From: an uncultured Chloroflexia bacterium
GTDB taxonomy: Bacteria; Chloroflexota; Limnocylindria; Limnocylindrales; CSP1-4
Assembly (NCBI GenBank): GCA_963813335.1
Contig: CAWEYL010000003.1
Span: forward strand, 448,001-512,000
Direction of reading: 5' to 3'
DNA: 64,000 nucleotides
A model generated the notes under the pieces. It was not told where the DNA came from. It worked only from the letters and a program-made list of their open reading frames with translations, and did no database searches. Position 1 is the stretch's first letter. Each line of letters starts with the position of its first letter. This document shows, in pieces, positions 31,072-41,459 of the stretch. Both the position numbers and the translations under genes were made by a program.

Positions 31072-31575
31072 CGCCGGACGGGCCGGTCGTGGCGTGCGTC
31101 GGCTGCGGCGGCCTCGTCCCGGACATCGACGGCCCGACGCACCGCTACCTCGAGAGCTCACCGGGATGCTGGGCGATCTACTCGGCGCTGCCCTATGGCG
31201 GCATGGCCGGTCCAGCCGAGCAGCCATATGCCTCGATGATGGTCGACGCGTACGCGGTGCAGCACCCCGGCCGGCCGGGCCGCTCGTCGACCCCGTCCGT
31301 CTGGATCCACCTCGCGGCGATGCACCTCGTGCTCCGGCGTGGCTGGCCGGCCGAACGCCTCATCGAGATCCGCCGCGTCGCCGCCGACGCCTACGACGGG
31401 TGGCCGTGGCTCACGCCGCCGGCATCGATGGGGCCGGTCACGGCCGTCGACGTGGCAGCGGCGCCGGCAAGCGAGGTCGCCGACCGCGTTCGTGCCTGGG
31501 TCGAGGGCGCGAGCGCCGCGTGGACGGCCCACGACCCCGAGATCGCAGGCGCTGACGGAGCGGCTCTTCGGCTGA
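31068..31575 (+). CDS. DUF5946-like protein (indel near 3' end)
   Basis: CVGCG..DGPTHRYLESSPGCWAIY..VDAYAVQHPG..WIHL. Confidence 0.7.
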
Positions 31576-31611
31576 TCGCTCGGCGCTCGATATGCGACGA
31601 TCGCGACACAC

Positions 31612-33633
31612 ATGGCCGAGGAACTGAGCCCGAGCGAGGTCGCGCGACGTCTGGGGACGTCGACGCGGACCGTCCAGCGCTGGATCGAGAGCGGGAAGCT
31701 GCCCGCGCGACGCGTTGGCGGACGCTGGCGTGTCGCGAATGTCGCGTTTGACGCGTTCGAGCGCGATACGGCGGCCGGGCGACGGGCGCCGCGAGCCCGA
31801 TCCGGCGCCTCTTCGTGGCCAACCGCGGCGAGATCGCGGCACGGATCCAGCGGACGTGCGACCGCCTCGGGATCGTGGCCGTCCTGCCCGTCACCGACGG
31901 CCCGGATGCGCTCGACCTGCTCGACATCGATGCCGTGGTCGCGGCGGCCCGTTCGGCCGGCGCCGACGCGGTCCACCCCGGGTTCGGGTTCCTGGCCGAG
32001 AACGCCGACTTCGCCGACGCGGTCGCTGCCGCCGGGCTGACCTGGGTCGGACCGCCGCCGGCCGCGATCCGGGCGATGGGCGACAAGGCCGCCGCCCGAC
32101 GACTGGCGGCCTCGCTCGGCGTGCCGGTCCTCCCCGGCTACGACGACACGGACCAGTCGGACGCCGCGCTGACCGCGGCCGCGGCGCGGATCGGCTTCCC
32201 GCTGCTGGTCAAGCCGTCCGCCGGTGGCGGCGGGAAGGGCATGCGGACCGTTCGCGAGGCGACCGCCTTCCCCGATGCGCTCGGCTCCGCCCGACGCGAG
32301 GCGCACCGCGGCCTTCGGCGACGACCGGCTCATCCTCGAGCGCCTCGTCGAAGGCGGCCGGCACGTCGAGGTGCAGGTCCTCTTCGATGCGCATGGGAAC
32401 GGCGTCCACCTCGGCGAGCGCGACTGCTCGATCCAGCGCCGCCACCAGAAGGTGCTCGAGGAGGCGCCGTCGCCCGGCATCGATGCCGCCCTGCGCGCCC
32501 GGCTCGGCGAGGCGGCGCTGACCCTGGCGCGCGCCGTCGGCTACGTCAGCGCGGGCACGTGCGAGTTCCTCGTCGACGACCGCGGGGTGCCCGCCTTCCT
32601 CGAGATGAATACGCGGCTCCAGGTCGAGCATCCCGTGACGGAGCTGGTCACCGGCCGCGACCTCGTCGCGGACCAGCTCCGGATCGCGGCCGGGCGAGCC
32701 GCTGGGGTTCGCGCAGGACGACGTGACCGCCACGGGCCATGCCGTCGAGGTCCGCCTCTACGCCGAGGACGCCGAGGCCGGGTTCCTGCCGCAGACCGGC
32801 CGCGTCGAGCGGCTTCGATGGCCGACGGGCGACGGCATCCGCGTCGATGCCGGGATCGAGCTCGGGACCGAGGTCGGCGGCCGCTTCGACCCGATGCTGG
32901 CCAAGGTCATCGCCTGGGGCGCGACCCGCCCCGAGGCCCTCGACCGGCTGACGCGCCGGCCCTCGACGAGACCGTCGTCCTGGGGCTGGTCACGAACCTG
33001 CGGTTCCTGCGCTGGCTGGTCCGCCAGCCGGTCGTCCGCGACGGCGCCGCGCGGACCGACACGCTCGACCGGATCTGGCCGCCCGACGACTGGGCCGAGC
33101 GGGCCGCGATCCCGGACGACGCCTGGGCGGGCGCTGCGGCCGCGCTCGAGAGCACTGACGCCGGTGCCGACACCTGGCACGGCGCGTGGCGGCTCAACGG
33201 CCCGGGCACGATCCGGCTGGTCGCCGAGGGGGTCGAGCGCTCGGTGCCCCTCGGGGGCCCGCCGACGGAGTCGATCGGACTCGAGGCCGTCCGCGTCGGC
33301 GACCTCGTCCACGTCGACATCGCCGGTCGCAGCGTCGCCTTCGAGATCGCGCCGCCGCCCTCGCTCGAGCGGATCGGCCGGGCCCCGGTGGGTGGCGGGC
33401 CGCACGGCGGTCCCGTCGACCTGCTCGCCCCGATGCCGGGGGCCGTCCTCTCCGTCCACGTCGCGATCGGCGCCTCGGTGGAGGCGGGCGACCCGGTCGT
33501 CACCCTCGAGGCGATGAAGATGGAGCACGCGGTAGTCGCCACGGAACGCGGTCAGGTCACGGACATCCTCGTCGCCCCGGCCGACCAGGTGACCCGCGGT
33601 CAGCGGCTCGCCGTCATCGGACCGGCGCCGTAG
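31612..33633 (+). CDS. liuD: Biotin carboxylase + biotin carrier (MCC alpha subunit) with N-terminal excisionase-type HTH; about 4 frameshifts
   Basis: HTH: [39 protein letters not shown]: [65 protein letters not shown]. Biotinyl motif EAMKME. Confidence 0.88.
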
Positions 33634-33644
33634 ACTTCGCGGCG

Positions 33645-33833
33645 ATGGCACACCACGACACGCCCCTCCCCCAGACGCGGGCCGAGCTGCTCGCCCTCCA
33701 TGCCGAGACCCGCCAGCGCCGGAATGCCGCGCCGTGGGGTAGCGAGGAGCACAAGGAGGCGATCGACCTGATCAGTCGGATCGAAGTCGAGGTCGCCCGC
33801 ATCGAGCGGGCGATGGACCCGCCGCTCGTCTGA
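33645..33833 (+). CDS. Small 62-aa helical hypothetical protein
   Basis: MAHHDTPLPQTRAELLALHAETRQRRNAAPWGSEEHKEAIDLISRIEVEVARIERAMDPPLV. Typical codon usage; TAGACT-N8-ATG. Confidence 0.65.
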   Translation: MAHHDTPLPQTRAELLALHAETRQRRNAAPWGSEEHKEAIDLISRIEVEVARIERAMDPPLV

Positions 33834-33864
33834 CGCGGCCCGCCTGACCGCCGTCGACCACCCG

Positions 33865-34792
33865 ATGCCCGAGACCGTCCGGATCTACGAGGTCGGGCCG
33901 CGCGACGGGCTCCAGAACGAATCGGCGGTCGTCCCTACCGCGACCAAGGCGCGCTTCCTCGAGCTGCTCGCCGATGCGGGCCTGCGCGAGATCGAGGCGA
34001 CCTCGTTCGTGTCGCCGGCGGCGATCCCGCAGCTCGCGGACGCCGACGACCTGATGGGCGGCCTCGATCGACGCGCCGGCGTCCGCTACCCGGTCCTCGT
34101 CCCGAACGAGCGCGGCATGGCCCGCGCCGAGGCCGCCGGCGCCGATGCGCTGGCCGTCTTCACGGCGGCGACCGACGCGTTCACCCAGGCCAACATCCGG
34201 ATGACGATCAAGGAATCGCTGACCACCTTTGCGCCGGTGCTGGCGCGGGCGGGCGACCTCGGCTGGTGGCGGCGCGGCTACGTGTCGACGGCCTTCGGCT
34301 GCCCATACACCGGCCGCGTGCACCCCGCGGCGGCGGTCAAGGTCGCCCTTCGGCTGCTCGACCTCGGCGTCGACGAGGTCTGCTTCGGCGACACCATCGG
34401 CGTCGGCGTGCCGAGCCAGGTCTCGGCGCTGACCGGGCTCGCCGTCGCGGCCGGGATCCCGCTCGAGCGCATCGCCTTCCATTTCCACGACACGCGCGGC
34501 ACGGCGCTCGCCAACGTCGCAGCCGGCCTGGATGCCGGCGTCCGCTGCTTCGATTCGGCGGCCGGCGGGACCGGTGGCTGCCCGTACGCGCCGGGCGCGG
34601 CCGGCAATCTGGCGACGGAGGACCTCGTCTACCTGCTCGATGCGTCGGGCTACGAGACCGGCGTGTCGCTCGACGGCGTCCTCGCGGCCGCCCGGTTCAT
34701 CGCCGACGCCCTCGGCAAGCCGCTGGCCACGCAAGGTGGGCCAGGCGGGCGGCTGGGACCCGACGACGGGAGCCTCGACCGGCCGAGCGTGA
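33865..34792 (+). CDS. liuE: Hydroxymethylglutaryl-CoA lyase (indel near 34730)
   Basis: EVGPRDGLQNE, EATSFVSP, HFHDTRG, GGCPYAPGAAGNLATED. Confidence 0.93.
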
Positions 34793-34801
34793 TCCGGCGC
34801 G

Positions 34802-35551
34802 TCAGGACGGCCGGACGATCCAGCGGCACCCGAGGAGGACGACGTCGGTGGCGCGGGCGCCGTCGATCGCGAGATGGATCGTCGCAACGGGGCTCGCCGG
34901 GTCACCGCGCGGTCGGAGGCGGAGGCGCTGCGCGCCGATCTCGGCGTCCCGTGCGCCACCGCCCACGAGCGACGGCCGGAAGCGCAACCCGACGCTGCGC
35001 AGCATCGCGCCGCTCGTGGCAGCCACGTCGTCCACGGCGAGCTCGAGGACGGTGAGCCGCGCCGGTCCGGCCGCGCGCGACGCCCGGTCCGCGGCGGTCC
35101 ACTCCGCCGAACCGGCAACGTGCTCGATGAGGAACGGCGGGCGGGCCGGACCGAGGGTCCGCGCGGCGGCGAGTCGCCAGCGGACGACCTCCCCGTCGGG
35201 TCGGCGGCGCTCGCCGTCGATCGGTCCGACCAGGTCGCTCGCGGTCGCGCGGAGCCGCGCGAGGTCGCCGTCGATGTCGTCGGTGGCGATCGCCCAGGTC
35301 GCCAGCCCGCCACCGGTCTCGAGGGCACGGACGGTCGGTGCCCCGATCCACGATGTCGCGGCCAGCACCGGATCGAAGACGCCGATCAGCTCGAGGAACG
35401 TGTCGCCGAGCCAGACCAGGCGATTGAACGTCCCGAGCCCGTCGTGCCGCCCGCCGCCGCCCGGCACCAGGCCCAGAGCGCCGGCCAACTCCGCCGCGGC
35501 GGCATCCGGGTCGGTGGCCGCGATGACCAGGTGATCGATGCCGTGGAGCAT
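34802..35551 (-). CDS. VOC / glyoxalase-like domain protein
   Basis: IDHLVIA..GGRHDGLGTFNRLV..FLELI..RRRPDG..W..PFLIE. Confidence 0.85.
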   Translation of the reverse strand: MLHGIDHLVIAATDPDAAAAELAGALGLVPGGGGRHDGLGTFNRLVWLGDTFLELIGVFDPVLAATSWIGAPTVRALETGGGLATWAIATDDIDGDLARLRATASDLVGPIDGERRRPDGEVVRWRLAAARTLGPARPPFLIEHVAGSAEWTAADRASRAAGPARLTVLELAVDDVAATSGAMLRSVGLRFRPSLVGGGARDAEIGAQRLRLRPRGDPASPVATIHLAIDGARATDVVLLGCRWIVRPS

Positions 35552-35628
35552 CGCCGGAGCGTAGCGCGCCACGGGTCGCGGCCGTGGATGGCAAGCACGA
35601 ACCGGTGTCTCTGCTATCGTCCGCGGCG

Positions 35629-36144
35629 ATGGACGGTGTCGTGCTCGTTCTGAACCAGAACTACGAACCGCTCAACGTCTGCAACCTGCCTCGCGCCTTC
35701 CGACTCGTGTTCGGGGAGAAGGCCGAAGTGATCGAATACGACCACCAGGTGATCCGGACGCCGCGGACCGAGTACCGCGCGCCCTCCGTCATCCGCCTCC
35801 AGCACCTCATCCGTCGGCCGCGGCCGCGGGTGAAGCTGTCCCGGCGCGAGATCTTCACGCGCGACCGCCACACCTGCCAGTACTGCGGCAGGCAGGGCCA
35901 CGACATGACGCTCGACCACATCATGCCGCGCCACCGCGGCGGCGGGCACACGTGGGAGAACCTCGTCACCGCGTGCAAGCCGTGCAACCACCGCAAGGGC
36001 GGCAAGACGCTCGAGGAGGCCCGCCTGCGCCTGGGCCGGCCGCCGTTCGAGCCGCGCAGCGACATCTACTCGCTGTTCACGCCGTACCTCGCCGACGACA
36101 ACAACGAGGCCTGGCGGACCTACCTGTTCCTGGGACGGAACTGA
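35629..36144 (+). CDS. HNH endonuclease (McrA-like, zinc-binding)
   Basis: VLVLNQNYEPL, PSVIRL, RDRHTCQYCG, TLDHIMPRHRGG..WENLVTACKPCNHRKG. Confidence 0.92.
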   Translation: MDGVVLVLNQNYEPLNVCNLPRAFRLVFGEKAEVIEYDHQVIRTPRTEYRAPSVIRLQHLIRRPRPRVKLSRREIFTRDRHTCQYCGRQGHDMTLDHIMPRHRGGGHTWENLVTACKPCNHRKGGKTLEEARLRLGRPPFEPRSDIYSLFTPYLADDNNEAWRTYLFLGRN

Positions 36145-37524
36145 TCGCGGCCGACCACGGGGCGGACCTCGCGGCGACCCTGCGGACGGCGATCCCGCCC
36201 GAGGTCCACGACCTGCTCGCGACCCTGTGGGCGGGCGGCCACGCCGCGTACGTCGTCGGCGGGTCGCTGCGCGACGCGCTCCTCGGCCGGCCGGCCGAGG
36301 ACTGGGATCTCGCCTCGGACGCCCTGCCCGAGCGCGTCCTCGAGCTCGTGCCCGGCGCCGTCTACGAGAACCGGTTCGGCACGGTGGCGATCCGGCGCGG
36401 CGACGACATCCTCGAGGTCACGACCTTCCGCTCCGACCACGACTACGCCGACTTCCGGCGGCCGCACCGCGTCGAGTTCGGCGACACCATCGAGGTGGAC
36501 CTCGCCCGCCGCGACCTGACCTGCAACGCGATGGCGTGGGGGGCGGTGGCGGCGGCCGCCGGTTCGCCCGGGCTGATGGACCCGTACGACGGCGCCGCCG
36601 ACACGCGGGCGCACCTCCTGCGCGCGGTCGGCGAACCGCAGAAGCGGTTCGAGGAGGACGCGCTCCGCATGGTCCGGACCGTGCGACTGGCGGCGACGCT
36701 CGGCTTCGATATCGAAGCGGCGACGCTCGCCGGCATCCAGGCGAAGGCCGAGCTGGTCCAGCACCTGTCGGGCGAGCGGATCGCGACCGAGCTCGACAAG
36801 CTGCTCGCCGCCGAGCGGCCGTCGATCGGGCTGCGGCTGCTCGCGGACACCGGCTTGCTGGCCGGAATCGACGAGGCGCTGGCCGCCCAGCGCGGGATCC
36901 CCCAGAACAAGGTCGAGGGCGAGGACCTGTGGGACCACACGCTGCGCTCGGTCGATGCGGCACCGGCCGGCCGGCCGGTGGTCAGGCTGGCGGCGCTCGT
37001 CCATGACATCGGCAAGCCGTCGACCTTCGCCGACGGCCACTTCATCCGCCACGACGCGGTCGGGGCGGACCTCGCCGGCGAGTTCCTCGACCGGCTGCGC
37101 TCGCCGCGGGCCGTCCGCGAGCGGGTCGTCCACCTCGTCGCCAACCACATGTTCAGCTACGAGCCGAACTGGTCGTCCTCGGCGGTGCGGCGGTTCATCG
37201 CCAAGATCGGCCCGGACTCGATCGAGGACCTGTTCCTGCTCCGTGAGGCGGACAACGTCGGGTCCGGGCTGCCGGCCGACGCCGGACGGCTGGAGGAGCT
37301 GCGGGCCCGGGTCGCACGAGGCGCTCCGCGAGGGCGTCGTCCTCGGCCGCGGCGACCTGGTCGTCGACGGCGACGACCTGATGGCGGAGCTGGAGATCGG
37401 GCCCGGGCCGCACCTCGGCCGGATCCTCGACGCGCTGCTCGAGCGGGTGGTCGAGGACCCGGCCCTCAACGACCGTCCGAGCCTGCTGCTGCTCGCGCGC
37501 TCGATGCTGGCGGACGAGCCGTGA
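36141..37524 (+). CDS. cca: tRNA nucleotidyltransferase (class II CCA-adding) with HD domain; probable CTG start; frameshift near 37312
   Basis: YVVGGSLRD, DWDLA, EVTTFR, DLARRDLTCNAMA, RFEEDALR, ERIATEL, LVHDIGKP, VDGDDLM..PGPHLGRIL. Confidence 0.88.
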
Positions 37525-37982
37525 TCGAGATCCTGCTCGAGGCGGAACGGGCGCTCGAGATGGGCCGGGTGGACGCGGCCGAGACGCTCTACCAGCAGGT
37601 CGCGGACGCGGATCCGCGCAACTCGATCGCGGTGGTCGGTCTGGCGCGCGTCACGCTCGAGCGCGGCGACGAGCCGGGCGCGCTCCAGCTCGCCCGGCGG
37701 GCACTGGTCATCGACCCGGAGAACGCGGCCGCGAGCCGGATGGTCGAGCGGCTCGAGGAGGTGATCCGCTACCGCGGCGCGGAGCCGCCGGCGCCGGTCG
37801 AGGACCCGGCCGTGATCGTCGAGGCGTCGAGTCTGGTCGAGCAGGCAGCGACCGTCACCGAGCCCGAGGTGATCGCCGTCCTGGCCGAGCCGACGCCCCC
37901 GGTCGCGACGCCGCCCGCGGAACCGACGTCTCCGAAACGGCGCTCCCTGCTCGACCGGCTCCTGCGCCGCCATCGGCCCTGA
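37521..37982 (+). CDS. Tetratricopeptide-repeat protein
   Basis: AERALEMGRVDAAETLYQQVADADPRN..GLARV..ARRALVIDPEN; GTGA overlap with cca. Confidence 0.8.
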   Translation: MIEILLEAERALEMGRVDAAETLYQQVADADPRNSIAVVGLARVTLERGDEPGALQLARRALVIDPENAAASRMVERLEEVIRYRGAEPPAPVEDPAVIVEASSLVEQAATVTEPEVIAVLAEPTPPVATPPAEPTSPKRRSLLDRLLRRHRP

Positions 37983-38016
37983 GCCGCCGATCGCTGATCG
38001 ACGGCTGGAATCACGA

Positions 38017-38045
38017 ACCGGCGAGGGCCGCGGGCCCTCGCCGGT
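38017..38045. terminator. Hairpin between convergent genes (probable terminator)
   Basis: ACCGGCGAGGGCC-gcg-GGCCCTCGCCGGT, perfect 13-bp stem. Confidence 0.75.
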
Positions 38046-38080
38046 CGGTGCGGTGCGGATCGGGGATCCGCCGCGCGGTG

Positions 38081-38776
38081 TCAGGCGGGGTTGGCCACCT
38101 GCTGCAATGCCGGGACCTTCACCTTCTCGGTCGCGGCGCGCGTCGCCCAGACCAGCCCGAGCCCCGTGATGACCACGGTGAGCCCGATGAGGCCGAAGAG
38201 GGCTGCGATACCGAGGCCCATCGTGAGGGCCGAGGCCGTGACGCTGCCGACGCCGAGCTGGCCGACCAGGGCGAGGGCCGTGGGGGTCCAGATCTGTCCG
38301 CGGGCCGCGGCCTGGATCGGGTCGGTGCGGTCGAAGCCGGTCCAGTACTTGCCGGTGTTCTGGTAGTCGTAGGTGCCGGCGGGAGTCACGACCTTGCCGT
38401 CGACCACGACGTCTGCGGGGATGGTGACGGTCGTCGCCGCGTTCAGGGTGTGGTACGTGATCGTGGCCATCTGGTACATGTACTCGCTGACGGTGTTGAC
38501 GACCGGGTCATTCGCGTTGAGCTCGCTCTTGTCGACCGTGAAGCCCCAGTCGTTGGTCAGGAGCGCCATGATGGCCGTGGCCTCTTCGGTGTTCCCCTTG
38601 GCGTCGGCCAGCTGCCCGTCGGCGTTGTAGGTGAGCTTGACGTTCTGCGCGGCGCTGAACGCCTGGAGCGCACCAGCACCCTGCTGCGTCTTGTAGAGCG
38701 TGTACCCGCCCGCGGCGAAGAACACGATGCCCATGAAGACCAGGCCGATGCCGAGCTGCTGCAATCGCTTGTTCAT
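38081..38776 (-). CDS. Membrane-anchored protein with N- and C-terminal TM segments and an extracytoplasmic domain
   Basis: MNKRLQQLGIGLVFMGIVFFAAGG...; C-terminal GLGIAALFGLIGLTVVITGLGLVW; strong codon bias. Confidence 0.75.
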   Translation of the reverse strand: MNKRLQQLGIGLVFMGIVFFAAGGYTLYKTQQGAGALQAFSAAQNVKLTYNADGQLADAKGNTEEATAIMALLTNDWGFTVDKSELNANDPVVNTVSEYMYQMATITYHTLNAATTVTIPADVVVDGKVVTPAGTYDYQNTGKYWTGFDRTDPIQAAARGQIWTPTALALVGQLGVGSVTASALTMGLGIAALFGLIGLTVVITGLGLVWATRAATEKVKVPALQQVANPA

Positions 38777-38944
38777 GACGTCCAACCCTCTGTTGTCTAC
38801 GTTTGTGGTCGATGTCCTCACTGTCGGGTCGGCGGCAGCACACGGATAGACGACGCGCGGACCCTTGTGGGGGCTCACTGGCCCGGGTGGGTGGGGGCCA
38901 CGCGACCCGTGCCGTTCGGCCCTGCAGCCCCTATCGTTGGCGGC

Positions 38945-39940
38945 ATGACACGGATCCTGGTGACCGGCGGCGCCGGCTATGTCGGCTCGGTCTCGGCGGC
39001 GGCCTTCATCGAGGCCGGCCACGAGGTCGTCGTCCTCGACGACCTGACCACCGGCCATCGCGCGGCGGTCCCGGCCGGGGCAGCGTTCCACCACGGCACG
39101 TACGCCGACTACGACGCCATCGCGCACCTGCTCGAAACCGAGCGGATCGAGGCCATCCTCCACTGCGCCGCCCGCTCGCTGGTCGGCGAATCGATCCGCG
39201 AGCCCGCCCGCTACTACACGGACAACGTCGCCGGCGGTGTCGCGCTGCTCGAAGCCGCGCGCGCGGTCGGGGTGGAGCGCATCGTCTTCAGCTCGACCGC
39301 CGCCGTCTACGGCGACCCGGACACCACGCCCATCCCCGAGGACGCGCCGCTACGCCCGATCAACCCCTACGGCGAGTCGAAGCGAGCCTTCGAAGGCGCG
39401 CTGCAGTGGTACGGCCGGGCCTACGGGATCCGCGCCGTCAGCCTCCGCTACTTCAACGTCGCGGGCGCGACCGAGGCGCTCGGCGAGGACCACGATCCCG
39501 AGACGCACCTGATCCCGAACGTCCTCAGGGCGGCCGAAGGCACGCAGACGCTGACGGTCTTCGGCGACGACTACCCGACGCCCGACGGGACCTGCATCCG
39601 CGACTACATCCACGTCGCCGACCTGGCCGATGCGCACCTGCTGGCGATCGAGGCGACGGCGCCCGGCGACCCGCGGACCGACGACTTCCTCGTCTGCAAC
39701 CTGGGGGTCGGCGGCGGCTTCTCGATCCGCGAGGTGATCGCCGCCGCCGAGCGCGCCGTCGGGCGCGCGATCCCGTACGCGGTCGGGCCGCGCCGGGCGG
39801 GCGATCCGCCGGTGCTGGTCGCCTCCGCCGCGCGTGCCGCCGAGGTGCTCGGCTGGCGGCCGGCGCAGCCCTCGCTCGACGAGATGGTCGGCTCGGCCTG
39901 GGCGTGGCGGCAGCGCCACCCGGGCGGCTACCCGGACTGA
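38945..39940 (+). CDS. galE: UDP-glucose 4-epimerase
   Basis: ILVTGGAGYVGS, SLVGES, FSSTAAVYG, PINPYGESK, LRYFNVAGA, DGTCIRDYIHV. Confidence 0.95.
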   Translation: MTRILVTGGAGYVGSVSAAAFIEAGHEVVVLDDLTTGHRAAVPAGAAFHHGTYADYDAIAHLLETERIEAILHCAARSLVGESIREPARYYTDNVAGGVALLEAARAVGVERIVFSSTAAVYGDPDTTPIPEDAPLRPINPYGESKRAFEGALQWYGRAYGIRAVSLRYFNVAGATEALGEDHDPETHLIPNVLRAAEGTQTLTVFGDDYPTPDGTCIRDYIHVADLADAHLLAIEATAPGDPRTDDFLVCNLGVGGGFSIREVIAAAERAVGRAIPYAVGPRRAGDPPVLVASAARAAEVLGWRPAQPSLDEMVGSAWAWRQRHPGGYPD

Positions 39941-39944
39941 CCCG

Positions 39945-41406
39945 CTAGCGCGGCTCGATGGGGGCGTTCGCCGGGGCGAGACGCTCGGGTGGGGTCGTGG
40001 GCTCGACGCGCGGGCCGGGGGCCGTCAGGTCCGTGTCGTCGCCGGCGCCCGGCTCGTGCCAGCGGTCGCTGACCGGCCAGACCAGCCACAGGCCGATGCC
40101 CATCGTCACGAGCAGGCTCAGGATCGCGATCTGGTAGGCGCCGTTGCCGAGCGAGTCGACGAACAGGAACACGATCAGCCCGTACAGCAGCTGGCCGACG
40201 ACCTGGCTGCCCTTGCCGACCAGCCCGTACAGCCCGAAGAACTCGCCGAGCCGGGCCTGCGGCGAGAGCCGGATCATGAAGACGCGGTCGGCCACCTGGA
40301 CCCCGCCGAGCCCGCTGCCGAGGATCGCCCCGGCGACCACGAAGATCGCGATGCCCGGGGTCGTGCCGCTCAGGCCCAGCGAGACCACGCCGAGCAGGAG
40401 CCCGACCACCCACGACACCAGGACCGCGATCAGCGTCTTCTTCGGCCCGTGCCGGTCGACCAGCCAGCCCCAGCCGAAGCTGGCCACGATGGCGACGACG
40501 GTCAGGATCACCGACACGATCAGCCACTGGCCCTGGGTGAGCCCCACGGCCTTCACCGCGACCACGCTCATCACGACGATCAGCGTGTTGACCGCGTCGC
40601 TGTAGAAGAACCGGCCGAGCAGGAAGCGCAGCAGCCCGGGCACGGTCCGGGCGTGGGCGATGGTCACGCGGATCTGGTCGAACGAGCCGGTGAAGTCCTT
40701 GAGCGTCACCTTCGGCGCGTCCGTGGCGCGCGGCGAGTCGCGGACGATCAGGAAGATCGGGATCGCGAAGACCGCGAACAGGACGCCGGCGATGAAGAAG
40801 ATCGGGTCCGGCGTCTCGGTGATGCCGAGGAGCAGCAGGGTGACGGCCGCGAAGATCGTGCCCATGTAGCCGACGCCGACGCCGATCCCCGAGAGCTTGC
40901 CGCGGGTCGACGAGTAGCTGACCGTCGAGAGGGTCGCGTCGTAGTAGATGAGCGCGGCCTGGTAGGCGAAGTTCGCGATCGTGAAGAGGATGGCGCCGAC
41001 GACCGCGGGCGTCGGCCCGATGACCGCCGAGGGCACGATCGTGAAGACCGTGAAGAACAGCAGGAACGGGAGGCGCCGGCCACCGCGGTCGCTGAGGGCG
41101 CCGAGGATCGGCGAGACCAGGGCGTTGAGCCCGACGCTGATCGCGATCGTCAGGCCCTGGACGAGCTGACCGAGGCCGGGCCCGAACCGGGAGTCGTCGG
41201 TCAGCCAGAGCCCGATCGCGGTCGACACGATGGCGTAGCTGAAGATCGTGTTGGCGAAGTCGTAGAGCGACCAGGCGACCGGGACGCGGGCCTGGCCGCT
41301 CGGCGTCAGGCCGCCGAGCCCGCCCGGGGCGTGCCGCCGCGTCGGGGCGTGCCGCCGCCGTGCCGGGGTTCGTCGCGGGGCCGCTGGGCGGGGCGGCGTC
41401 GGTCAC
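39945..41406 (-). CDS. MFS transporter, UMF1/Atg22-like (frameshift near 5' end)
   Basis: WSLYDFANTIFS, SPILGALSDR, YYDATL, RGKLSG.G..GY.G, GEFFGLYGLVGK. Confidence 0.87.
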
Positions 41407-41459
41407 GGCGCGATGATAGAGGGCGGCGGTCGCAGGTTTCGGGGGCTTCGAGGCTCGAG

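Noticed and set aside
31612-31790. Excisionase as evidence of a prophage or integrative element
   Set aside because: No integrase, att-like repeat or phage gene nearby. The domain is embedded in a metabolic cluster.
35629-36144. HNH gene as a restriction/defence or homing nuclease
   Set aside because: It matches the widespread stand-alone VLVLN..YEPL HNH family. There is no methylase, intron or defence context, and codon usage is host-like.
35952-37982. 676-aa CCA-TPR fusion
   Set aside because: A frameshift near 37312 creates it. The true cca C-terminus ends at 37524 and the TPR gene starts at GTG 37521.
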